DNA of 64,000 nt from Sedimentisphaerales bacterium (lineage in GTDB: Bacteria > Planctomycetota > Phycisphaerae > Sedimentisphaerales > Anaerobacaceae). The stretch is from assembly GCA_040772485.1 (NCBI GenBank), contig JAXGYC010000007.1:800001-864000 (forward strand), given 5' to 3'. The translations under genes were made by a program, and so were the position numbers. This document shows positions 56,906 through 64,000 of this stretch, in pieces (positions within the stretch are counted from its first letter, which is position 1; every line of letters starts with the position of its first letter). The notes under the pieces are model-generated. The model saw nothing but the letters and a program-made list of their open reading frames with translations. It ran no database searches and had not been told where the DNA came from.

Positions 56906-57979
56906 TCAGTCGTCCAAATAGACTATGTGTGTGAACGTCCTGCCGCCCGCGAGAAGCCCTTTCGAGTCGTACAGGGTGAAGGTGAATTTCAGGGCGCGTC
57001 CCAGGCCGGGGATTTCGTGCAGATGCGCCTCGTCGATACGCGAGGCCTCATACGTGACGTTCCGCAGCGTCACCGCGCCGCGCGGATACCAGATTCCGGG
57101 GTTGTCGTTCGGATCCAGATCGTCGCCATTCAGGAGGAAATCCGAATCGTCATCGAGATCTTCATCGCCGTCCGGATTGACCTCGGGTACCCAGCGTTGT
57201 TCCGCATCATCCCAGCCCTGAACGGCGAATTGCCCCACGCCATCGCACAGCAGCGCGTGCACGGGGTCCGGCTGCGACAGATCGATCACGACGCCGCGAG
57301 CGGCCTCGCTCGTCGTACTGGCGTCGGCGCCGGCGCCGGCGATCGTGACGTCGCCCACCACGGAGAGAATGTCGATCTTCTCGGCCCTGGGAATCTGCAT
57401 CCACTCCTGCAACGAGATGTTGTCGTATTCGAGGCTGCTGTTCCATTCCCGCCATTGCTCGTCGGTAAACGAGCCGGTGTCGAGCTTGTCGTCGGGGTCC
57501 GCCGTGGGCACGAGGATGTGCACCGTTCGCGCCAGCATCCGCTCGGCCGGCTTCTGCTCCTGTGGCCGCAGGCGTTCGGCGGCATTGTCGGCCGGTCTGC
57601 TCACGAGGGTATAGCAGACGCGTGCCACGTTGCCGCGGACGGCAGGATCGGCTTTGTATGTCTGGAAATCCCCCGTAGTGAAGAACATGATCCGGTCGAA
57701 TCGCTCGAACGCCAATGGATCGTTCGCGTTCGAACCGCTGTAATCGCCCTTGCGCTCGGCGTCCCAGATGATGAACAGGTCCCCATCCTTGCGCCATCCC
57801 TGGAAGTCGGCGTCGAGCTGTTCAGTGATCACGCGGAGCTTCTGCATGATCTCGGCATTGGCCAGGGCGACCCGGTGCGAGTCAATGCTCACCCGGAAGA
57901 TCACGCTGGCGAACGACATGACCACCGCCAGAATGCCCAGCGCCACCACCAGTTCGATCAATGTAAAGGCTCTTCGCAT
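56906..57979 (-). CDS. Prepilin-type protein (GspJ/PilW-like)
   Basis: A|FTLIELVVALGILAVV..QLDADF; C-terminal FTHIVYL. Confidence 0.85.
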   Translation of the reverse strand: MRRAFTLIELVVALGILAVVMSFASVIFRVSIDSHRVALANAEIMQKLRVITEQLDADFQGWRKDGDLFIIWDAERKGDYSGSNANDPLAFERFDRIMFFTTGDFQTYKADPAVRGNVARVCYTLVSRPADNAAERLRPQEQKPAERMLARTVHILVPTADPDDKLDTGSFTDEQWREWNSSLEYDNISLQEWMQIPRAEKIDILSVVGDVTIAGAGADASTTSEAARGVVIDLSQPDPVHALLCDGVGQFAVQGWDDAEQRWVPEVNPDGDEDLDDDSDFLLNGDDLDPNDNPGIWYPRGAVTLRNVTYEASRIDEAHLHEIPGLGRALKFTFTLYDSKGLLAGGRTFTHIVYLDD

Positions 57980-57988
57980 CCGATCGCT

Positions 57989-58771
57989 CTAAAACCGCAG
58001 GACCTTCTGATAGACTGCCACCAGGGGACTTCGCCCACCTGCCACCGGTCGCGGAACGACCCAGACCCACGCTTCTCCGCTCGCGTCGGCGTCGCCGTCG
58101 CGCCAGGGACGGTCCAGCTTGATCCGTTCGGGAGGCTCGCGGTATCGCTGAAGCACCCGATAGACCTGCCCTGTCTGATCGTCGAGAAGCGTGACGCCGT
58201 CGTTGACGAACGTGTTCTCGTCGATCTGGTCCGAAGTCACCGAGTCGATGATCGACACTTCATCTTCCGCCGACCCCGCCTCCTGGGTGACCCGGAGGCG
58301 TACAGGTCGCGGCAAGTCGCCCTGCTCAAGATTCGGGAAATCATCGCCGGAATCGCGCACCCAATACCGAGCGTCGGTCCCGGCGTGGCGACAGACAAAC
58401 ACGGTAATCTGGACCAGACGACTGTCTGCGGCCGTGCGCTTGCAGAGCGCCGTCCAGGAGTATTGCCTCGCGGCATCGTCCGCATGCGATGGATACAGGA
58501 ACTCGTCGGCCGGAATCGTCGCGAGCTCTGCGCAGGACACAAACTCGTCGGTCTCCAGATTCGGATCGGACGGATCGAGGCCATACAGGCGAACCTTCAC
58601 CAACGCCTCGTCGCTCGCCACCGCGGCAATCGTCCGTTCCGTCGAGAGCGACGTGAAGTAGATGCCCGCCATGAACGTGCCGGCGACAAACACCATGCCG
58701 ACCGCCAGCGTGCTGACGGCCAGCAGCGTCTCCAGCAGGGAAAAACCGTGTTGTCGCGGTCGCTTGTCCAT
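57989..58771 (-). CDS. Prepilin-type protein (GspI/PilV-like)
   Basis: G|FSLLETLLAVSTLAVGM. Confidence 0.82.
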   Translation of the reverse strand: MDKRPRQHGFSLLETLLAVSTLAVGMVFVAGTFMAGIYFTSLSTERTIAAVASDEALVKVRLYGLDPSDPNLETDEFVSCAELATIPADEFLYPSHADDAARQYSWTALCKRTAADSRLVQITVFVCRHAGTDARYWVRDSGDDFPNLEQGDLPRPVRLRVTQEAGSAEDEVSIIDSVTSDQIDENTFVNDGVTLLDDQTGQVYRVLQRYREPPERIKLDRPWRDGDADASGEAWVWVVPRPVAGGRSPLVAVYQKVLRF

Positions 58772-58780
58772 ATCGCCCAA

Positions 58781-59632
58781 TCACTCGGAGGAAATCAACG
58801 TCCCGGTATGGGGGCTCACGTATACCACCTCTTCGCCCGACAACTGCGAGAGATAGTCCGACCACGCTGCCTTGCGGCGAAACAGAGCCGCAAAACGCGG
58901 GTGATCGCAGATGACAAAACTCGTGCGGCTCAACTCTCGGCCGAGACCGTAGTCGACCGCGTTTCCCGGCGGGGGATTGCGCGCGGAGTAGTCGTCCTGA
59001 ATGAACATGCCCCGACCGTATTCGGTGATATTCACAGCGGAGTTGAACACCTGATCCAGGGACACCTTGCTCGACCCGCTTTCATTGCTGGGCAGGCTGA
59101 ACCCGTCCCGGTTGCGGACCCGCACTTCACGCACCACCAGCTTGCCCGAGGGCGAGAACAAGATCGAAAACGCCGAGGCGTCGTTCAGCTCATGGTCTTC
59201 GTCGATATCGCTGTCGGCCGCGAGCTGGCTGAGGTCCAGGACCCCCACGGTATCGGGCAGCTTCACCGGCTCCAACCCCTCCACCGCCTTGAAACCGATG
59301 GCCAATCCTCCCATGTTCTTCGGCTCTTCGTGCACGATGAAGACCATGTATTGCGGTGCATCGGCCACGCCGATCAGCGGATTCTGCGGGTCCCGCGATC
59401 GGCACAGCTTCTGAAATCGTACGCCGGTGTATTCCTGATTTCTCACGGCCATGGCCCGTGCAGAGCTGAGGGCGGCACTGATCATGCTGCGCGTACCGCT
59501 CTGCGACTCGAACGAATGGACCAGCGACCGCAACGCCGGAAGCCCGAAGCCCACCAACAGCGCGATGGTCGCGATCACCAGCGTCATCTCGACCAGCGTC
59601 AAACCGCCCTTGTTGTGTCCTCGGCAATCCAT
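58781..59632 (-). CDS. Prepilin-type protein (GspH/FimT-like)
   Basis: G|LTLVEMTLVIATIALLVGFGLP..LSSARAMA; FSPSG. Confidence 0.82.
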   Translation of the reverse strand: MDCRGHNKGGLTLVEMTLVIATIALLVGFGLPALRSLVHSFESQSGTRSMISAALSSARAMAVRNQEYTGVRFQKLCRSRDPQNPLIGVADAPQYMVFIVHEEPKNMGGLAIGFKAVEGLEPVKLPDTVGVLDLSQLAADSDIDEDHELNDASAFSILFSPSGKLVVREVRVRNRDGFSLPSNESGSSKVSLDQVFNSAVNITEYGRGMFIQDDYSARNPPPGNAVDYGLGRELSRTSFVICDHPRFAALFRRKAAWSDYLSQLSGEEVVYVSPHTGTLISSE

Positions 59633-59720
59633 GAGTTTCCATTTCCTATCGAGCCGCCGCCCGCCTTTGCCGCGGCGACACGGCTACGCCAACAGATTCT
59701 TGGCGTCATGCGTTTCTTCG

Positions 59721-60200
59721 TCAGCCGGTTCGGCTGCTGATGTCATCGGGGGTACCGAACTCCTTGTCCGGTCCCGCCGAGAGCAGTTCCGGAAAGTCGT
59801 CATCCGGCCCATAGCGATAATCCAACACCGTTCCCCACGGGTCGCGGACCTCGGCGACATCCGGGTCGGGCTGGTCGCCCTGCCTCGGGAAACTCGACAG
59901 ATGCGCCAGAACCTGGCGCGAGGCCGGCTCGGCCATCAGCCGCTCGTACAATTCCCGCATGTGCACCGCCACATTGGCATAATCCAGTTCCGGCTGGGGC
60001 GGAAACTCGCCCGTTTCTTCCCGGTACTCCTGCAAGGCGCTCTTGAACAAGGCAAACGCGCTGGCCAGGTCGCGCTCCTTGGCCTGATTGCTCATCCGCA
60101 GCGTAAGCATCACCACCATGCCGGCCACCACCGCGACGATGGCCACCACGACCAGCATCTCCACGAGGCTCAGTCCAACATGTCGTCTTGCATTCGTCAT
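59721..60200 (-). CDS. GspG-like pseudopilin
   Basis: G|LSLVEMLVVVAIV; DPWGT..Y; SAGPDKEFGTPDDI. Confidence 0.85.
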   Translation of the reverse strand: MTNARRHVGLSLVEMLVVVAIVAVVAGMVVMLTLRMSNQAKERDLASAFALFKSALQEYREETGEFPPQPELDYANVAVHMRELYERLMAEPASRQVLAHLSSFPRQGDQPDPDVAEVRDPWGTVLDYRYGPDDDFPELLSAGPDKEFGTPDDISSRTG

Positions 60201-60231
60201 GGTCCCAGACCGCCGCCGCAACCGACCCGAC

Positions 60232-61164
60232 TTACCGCTGGAAATTGCAGATGTCGTCGTCGGTGCCGTAGAAACCGTCGTAGCCCGCCGAGATCAGGAT
60301 GTAGGAATCGTTCTTGTACGGGACCGGAAAATTCTGCGTCGAGGCCCGCCAGTCGGTGATGAAGTCGTAGAACGTGGCCACCGAACCCGCCAGCGGGTTC
60401 CAGAACCGCCCGGGGGCTCTCAACGGAGCTGTTCCCCGCTGTGCCAGGTCGATCTGCTCCTTGGCGACGATGAGATAGTCGTTGTCCCGGCTGTCATAGA
60501 TACTCTCCCGGACTTTCTCCGAGGGGTTGGCGCGATAGTAGAGCACGGGCAGGCCCGACTTGCGACGCGACCCGTCCAGAAGCGTTACGTCCTTTCCTCT
60601 GCCGAAGACGTCTCCGAGAACGAAGGTATTCGCCGCCAGCGGTACCCCGACCGCCCCGAGATCGAACAACCCATCCTGATTGCCGGTCACGCCCAGTCGC
60701 ACGGCGTTGGCCGTATCCAGGTCCAGGTAGCGGGACTTCCTCTTGTTCATGTCGTACTCGACCGTCCGGTCGTAGAGGAAATACGTCCCCTCCCCGTGGG
60801 TCGTCGTCCCGACACGGTAGGGCCAGCGGTTCATCCCGTCGGCGCGCCAGCCCGAATCCGGGTGGAAGCCCAGCAGGTCCCAGCCGAGCAGGGCCTCCGC
60901 CAGTTTCTGGGCGCCCGAGGAGTTCTCCGTCTGCTGCGTATCGCGCAGCCACGTGTAACGGTCGGAGGGCGGCAGACTCCCGTAGTCGTTCTTGAACGTC
61001 GCCAGGGCCAGATCGATGGCCGTGAACTGCACCTTCTGCTTGGCCTCCCGGGCCGTCTTCCTGACCATGCCGATGGCCGGCAGGAGCATCCCCGTGAGGA
61101 TGGCGATGATTCCCACCACCACCAGGATCTCCACCAGTGTCAAACCTGACCTTTTCGGTTTCAC
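60232..61164 (-). CDS. Enlarged GspG-like major pilin, paralog 2
   Basis: G|LTLVEILVVVGII; C-terminal SYILISAGYDGFYGTDDDICNF. Confidence 0.87.
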   Translation of the reverse strand: MKPKRSGLTLVEILVVVGIIAILTGMLLPAIGMVRKTAREAKQKVQFTAIDLALATFKNDYGSLPPSDRYTWLRDTQQTENSSGAQKLAEALLGWDLLGFHPDSGWRADGMNRWPYRVGTTTHGEGTYFLYDRTVEYDMNKRKSRYLDLDTANAVRLGVTGNQDGLFDLGAVGVPLAANTFVLGDVFGRGKDVTLLDGSRRKSGLPVLYYRANPSEKVRESIYDSRDNDYLIVAKEQIDLAQRGTAPLRAPGRFWNPLAGSVATFYDFITDWRASTQNFPVPYKNDSYILISAGYDGFYGTDDDICNFQR

Positions 61165-61275
61165 GATCGTCCTCTTTCAATACCGACGGTTTCCGTCCAA
61201 TGCTCGTCGCGCTGCCTCGGCTGGATCAGGCAATCCGTCCCGGCAACGGGTCCAAGGATGTCGGTCGATGGAACG

Positions 61276-62160
61276 CTATTCGCGGTACTTCCACTCGAAG
61301 TTGCAGATATCGTCGGCGGTGCCATACTCGCCGTCCCAGCCGGCCGAGATCAGGATGTACGAATCGGGCCTGTACGGCCGGTCCGTCGTGCTGATCTTGT
61401 CGCTACGCGTGTTGCGGAAAAACCGCAGCGGGTCGGCCAGATTGTGAGGCGTCTGGGTGGAACCCGAGGCCTCCCAGGGCTTGCCCAACGCGAGCAGAGA
61501 CTGATTGTCCTGGTAGTTGTAGATGTTCCCCCGGCTGTCCGTGATGGTCATGGACGACGCCACGTTGGGATCGTGGAGATTGTTGGCGGTGTTGGCCTTG
61601 TAGTACAAGATCGGCATGCCCGTCTTCTCGCCCGAAGCCATCTGGCGATCGTACACATCGCACAGAACGAACGTGTCGGGCAAGAACGCGCCGGCCCCGC
61701 TGTCGCCATAGATCTGCCTGAGCCGGTAGGCATTGGCATTCTCCGCTTGCAGGTAGGGCCCCTTCCGCGCCGACAAGTTTGCAGCCGTCGGATTGGGTGG
61801 ATACAACTGCACGCCGCCGGGGCCCAGACCGTCGCGACGGAACAGGGTGTTCGCGTGACAGCCGAGCAGATCTTTGCCCATGATGGCTTCCGCCAGTCTC
61901 ATCGAGCCACAGTACGGAGCGCCGGTCGGATCGAGCGCGCCCGAATCCGGGTAGCCGCCGAATTCGTTGCTGAACAACTCGATGGCGGCGTCGATGCTGC
62001 GCAATTGCGCCATCTGCTTGACATTGGTGGCGAACTTCTTGGCCTTGTTCAAGGCCGGCACGAGCAGGCCGATCAGGATGACGATGATGCTCATCACGGT
62101 CAGCAGCTCGACGATCGTGAACGCCCGCGGCGTTCTGGCTGGGTTGGCGACTGGTCTCAT
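61276..62160 (-). CDS. Enlarged GspG-like major pilin, paralog 1
   Basis: SD AAGGAG; A|FTIVELLTVMSII; C-terminal SYILISAGWDGEYGTADDICNF. Confidence 0.87.
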   Translation of the reverse strand: MRPVANPARTPRAFTIVELLTVMSIIVILIGLLVPALNKAKKFATNVKQMAQLRSIDAAIELFSNEFGGYPDSGALDPTGAPYCGSMRLAEAIMGKDLLGCHANTLFRRDGLGPGGVQLYPPNPTAANLSARKGPYLQAENANAYRLRQIYGDSGAGAFLPDTFVLCDVYDRQMASGEKTGMPILYYKANTANNLHDPNVASSMTITDSRGNIYNYQDNQSLLALGKPWEASGSTQTPHNLADPLRFFRNTRSDKISTTDRPYRPDSYILISAGWDGEYGTADDICNFEWKYRE

Positions 62161-62212
62161 TTTTGTTCTCCTTTTAAGATACATGATTGCCTGAATCTGG
62201 GTATCGGGCCGA

Positions 62213-63466
62213 TTAACCACCGGCGGAACTCAAGCTCGTAATGACCTGGATCATCGGCAGGAAGACCGCCAGCACGATCACCATGACGACGCTGCCGAGC
62301 ACGATGATCATCAGCGGCTCCAGCATGGACATCAGACCGCCGACGAGCACGTCGACCTGCTCGTCGTAGTTATCGGCCACCTTCAGCAGCATCTTGTCGA
62401 GATCGCCGGTCTCCTCCCCGACCGCGACCATGTTGCTGACGAGCAGGTCGATGGTCTTGGACTGGCGGAGCGGCGCCGCGAAGGTGTCTCCCTGGCGGAT
62501 CGAGTTGTGGATGTTGCCGAGCAGCTTCGCGTAGACCTCGTTGCCGGCGGTCTCGCGGGTCACGCTGATGGCGTCGAGAATCGGCACGCCGGCGCTGATC
62601 AGCGTCCCGAGGGTTCGGGTCCATCGCGTGATGGAAACTTTGCTGACCAACTGGCCGACGACCGGCAGCCGCAGATTGATGGCATCCAGCGCCATGCGTC
62701 CCGGCTGGAATTTCCGGACGATCCGCAAGATGATGATCAGGCCGATCGGGATCGCGATCATCACCGCCCAGCCGTATCGGTAGGCGATCCACGCGCTGAT
62801 GCCCAGCACGGTCGTCGTGATCGGGTTCAACTTGCCGCCGACCATTTCCTCCAGCACCGTTTTGAACTGCGGAATCACGAACGCCATCAGGCCCAGCAGG
62901 ATCAGAAACGCCGCCGAGAGCACCACGATCGGATAGATCATGGCGCTCTTGACACGACCCTTCAGGCGGATGGCCTTCTCCTTGAAGTCGGCGATACGAG
63001 CGAGAATCAGGTCGAGCACACCGCCTGACTCGCCGGCCGCCACCATGTTCACGAACAGACGGTCGAAACACCGCGGGAACTTCGCCATGGCCTCCGAAAG
63101 CGTCGTGCCGCCCTCGATCTCGTCGGCCACGTACCCGATGATCCGCTTGAAGGCGCCCGATTTCTGCTGCTCTTCGAGAATGCGCAGAGACCGAAGGATC
63201 GGCAAGCCTGCATCCTGGAGCGTCGAGAGCTGCCGCGCGAACTCCGTGACGTACTTGACCTTGACCTTCGCCTTGGCTCCTCGACGGGCCCGCGTCCTTG
63301 CCGCGGTCTTGCCCACCTGCTTCGTCGCCGTCTTCGAGCGGACCTTCGTGGGGAAGTACCCCATGTTGCGAATCTTGCTGATGGCTTCCTTCTCACTGAG
63401 GGCCTCGATCTCGTCCTTGATCTCGACCCCCTGGGAATCCAACGCTACGTATTGAAAGACAGGCAT
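62213..63466 (-). CDS. pilC: Type IV pilus/T2SS inner-membrane platform protein (PilC/GspF)
   Basis: FARQLSTLQDAGLPI, NMVAAGESGGVLD, SAMIYP, MVAVGEETGDLD, LEP. Confidence 0.93.
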   Translation of the reverse strand: MPVFQYVALDSQGVEIKDEIEALSEKEAISKIRNMGYFPTKVRSKTATKQVGKTAARTRARRGAKAKVKVKYVTEFARQLSTLQDAGLPILRSLRILEEQQKSGAFKRIIGYVADEIEGGTTLSEAMAKFPRCFDRLFVNMVAAGESGGVLDLILARIADFKEKAIRLKGRVKSAMIYPIVVLSAAFLILLGLMAFVIPQFKTVLEEMVGGKLNPITTTVLGISAWIAYRYGWAVMIAIPIGLIIILRIVRKFQPGRMALDAINLRLPVVGQLVSKVSITRWTRTLGTLISAGVPILDAISVTRETAGNEVYAKLLGNIHNSIRQGDTFAAPLRQSKTIDLLVSNMVAVGEETGDLDKMLLKVADNYDEQVDVLVGGLMSMLEPLMIIVLGSVVMVIVLAVFLPMIQVITSLSSAGG

Positions 63467-63517
63467 GTTCCTACCTCACTTGAACGCAACCATCCTGAGC
63501 TCCACACGGGCAGCGCC

Positions 63518-64000
63518 TTAGCTTTCCGTGATCGTTTCCTTTGCGATTTCATCGATCGTGGTGATGCCGTCGAAGACCGCGATCAACCCGTTGTAACGCA
63601 ACGGTCTCATGCCCGCCTTCTGGGCCGCCACACGCAGCACATTGGTCGAGGCACGATTCATGATCAGATCGCGGATTTCGTCGTTGAAGATCATGATTTC
63701 GTAAATGCCGGTTCGCCCCCGGTAGCCGGTCCCATTGCACTTGCTGCACCCCTTTCCATAGTAGAACTTCCGGCCGGCAATCTCCTCTTCCGTCAGACTC
63801 AGCTCTTTCAACTGGGCCTCGTCCGGCTCGTAGGGGGTCTTGCACTTGGTGCAGATCCGACGGACCAGACGCTGGGCGACGACGCCTTCGATCGTCGCAG
63901 TGATAAGGAACGGCTCGACCCCCAGGTCGAGCAGACGGGCGACGGAGCTCGGCGCATCGTTGGTGTGCAGCGTGGTAAACACCAGGTGGCCGGTCAGCGA
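63518..64000 (-). CDS. Type IV pilus/T2SS assembly ATPase (PilB/GspE), C-terminal part; truncated by the window edge
   Basis: [25 protein letters not shown], tetracysteine [18 protein letters not shown]. Confidence 0.93.
   Translation of the reverse strand, partial: SLTGHLVFTTLHTNDAPSSVARLLDLGVEPFLITATIEGVVAQRLVRRICTKCKTPYEPDEAQLKELSLTEEEIAGRKFYYGKGCSKCNGTGYRGRTGIYEIMIFNDEIRDLIMNRASTNVLRVAAQKAGMRPLRYNGLIAVFDGITTIDEIAKETITES

Noticed and set aside
56885..59740. 951 aa + strand ORF over the pilin genes (and similar long antisense ORFs at 21523-23595, 40272-42392, 46675-48819, 50972-53158)
   Set aside because: Each lies opposite well-supported genes and has shadow-like composition.

Overview
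A 64 kb GC-rich bacterial chromosome segment with about 51 plausible protein-coding genes. I found no recognisable rRNA, tRNA, CRISPR array, integrase or transposase. Gene content (H-X9-DG-type prepilin-like protein, ECF sigma factor with a large C-terminal extension, enlarged SecA, Rnf, ADP-forming acetyl-CoA synthetase) suggests an anaerobic Planctomycetota member, probably Phycisphaerae/Sedimentisphaerales-like; this is inference. Left to right: (1) 1-9.2 kb accessory surface/signalling region (DUF11-repeat protein, outer-membrane barrel, prepilin-like protein, ECF sigma-TM-LRR fusion, HExxH protein, hypotheticals) with several intergenic short-period inverted repeats; (2) PAS/GAF histidine kinase plus FixJ-type regulator; (3) housekeeping genes secA, efp, rnr, rpsT, glyA, serA and a phosphohexomutase; (4) rseC-rnfCDGEAB plus apbE; (5) an acetate locus in which acs and an OFA transporter converge on an operon of ADP-forming acetyl-CoA synthetase, a CoA-transferase/Pat-type GNAT fusion and an AcuC-type deacetylase, a candidate lysine-acetylation acetate switch and the best system-level candidate here; (6) a type IV pilus/type II secretion-like operon with seven pilin-like genes, truncated at the right edge. 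All calls come from reading motifs by eye; no searches were run.
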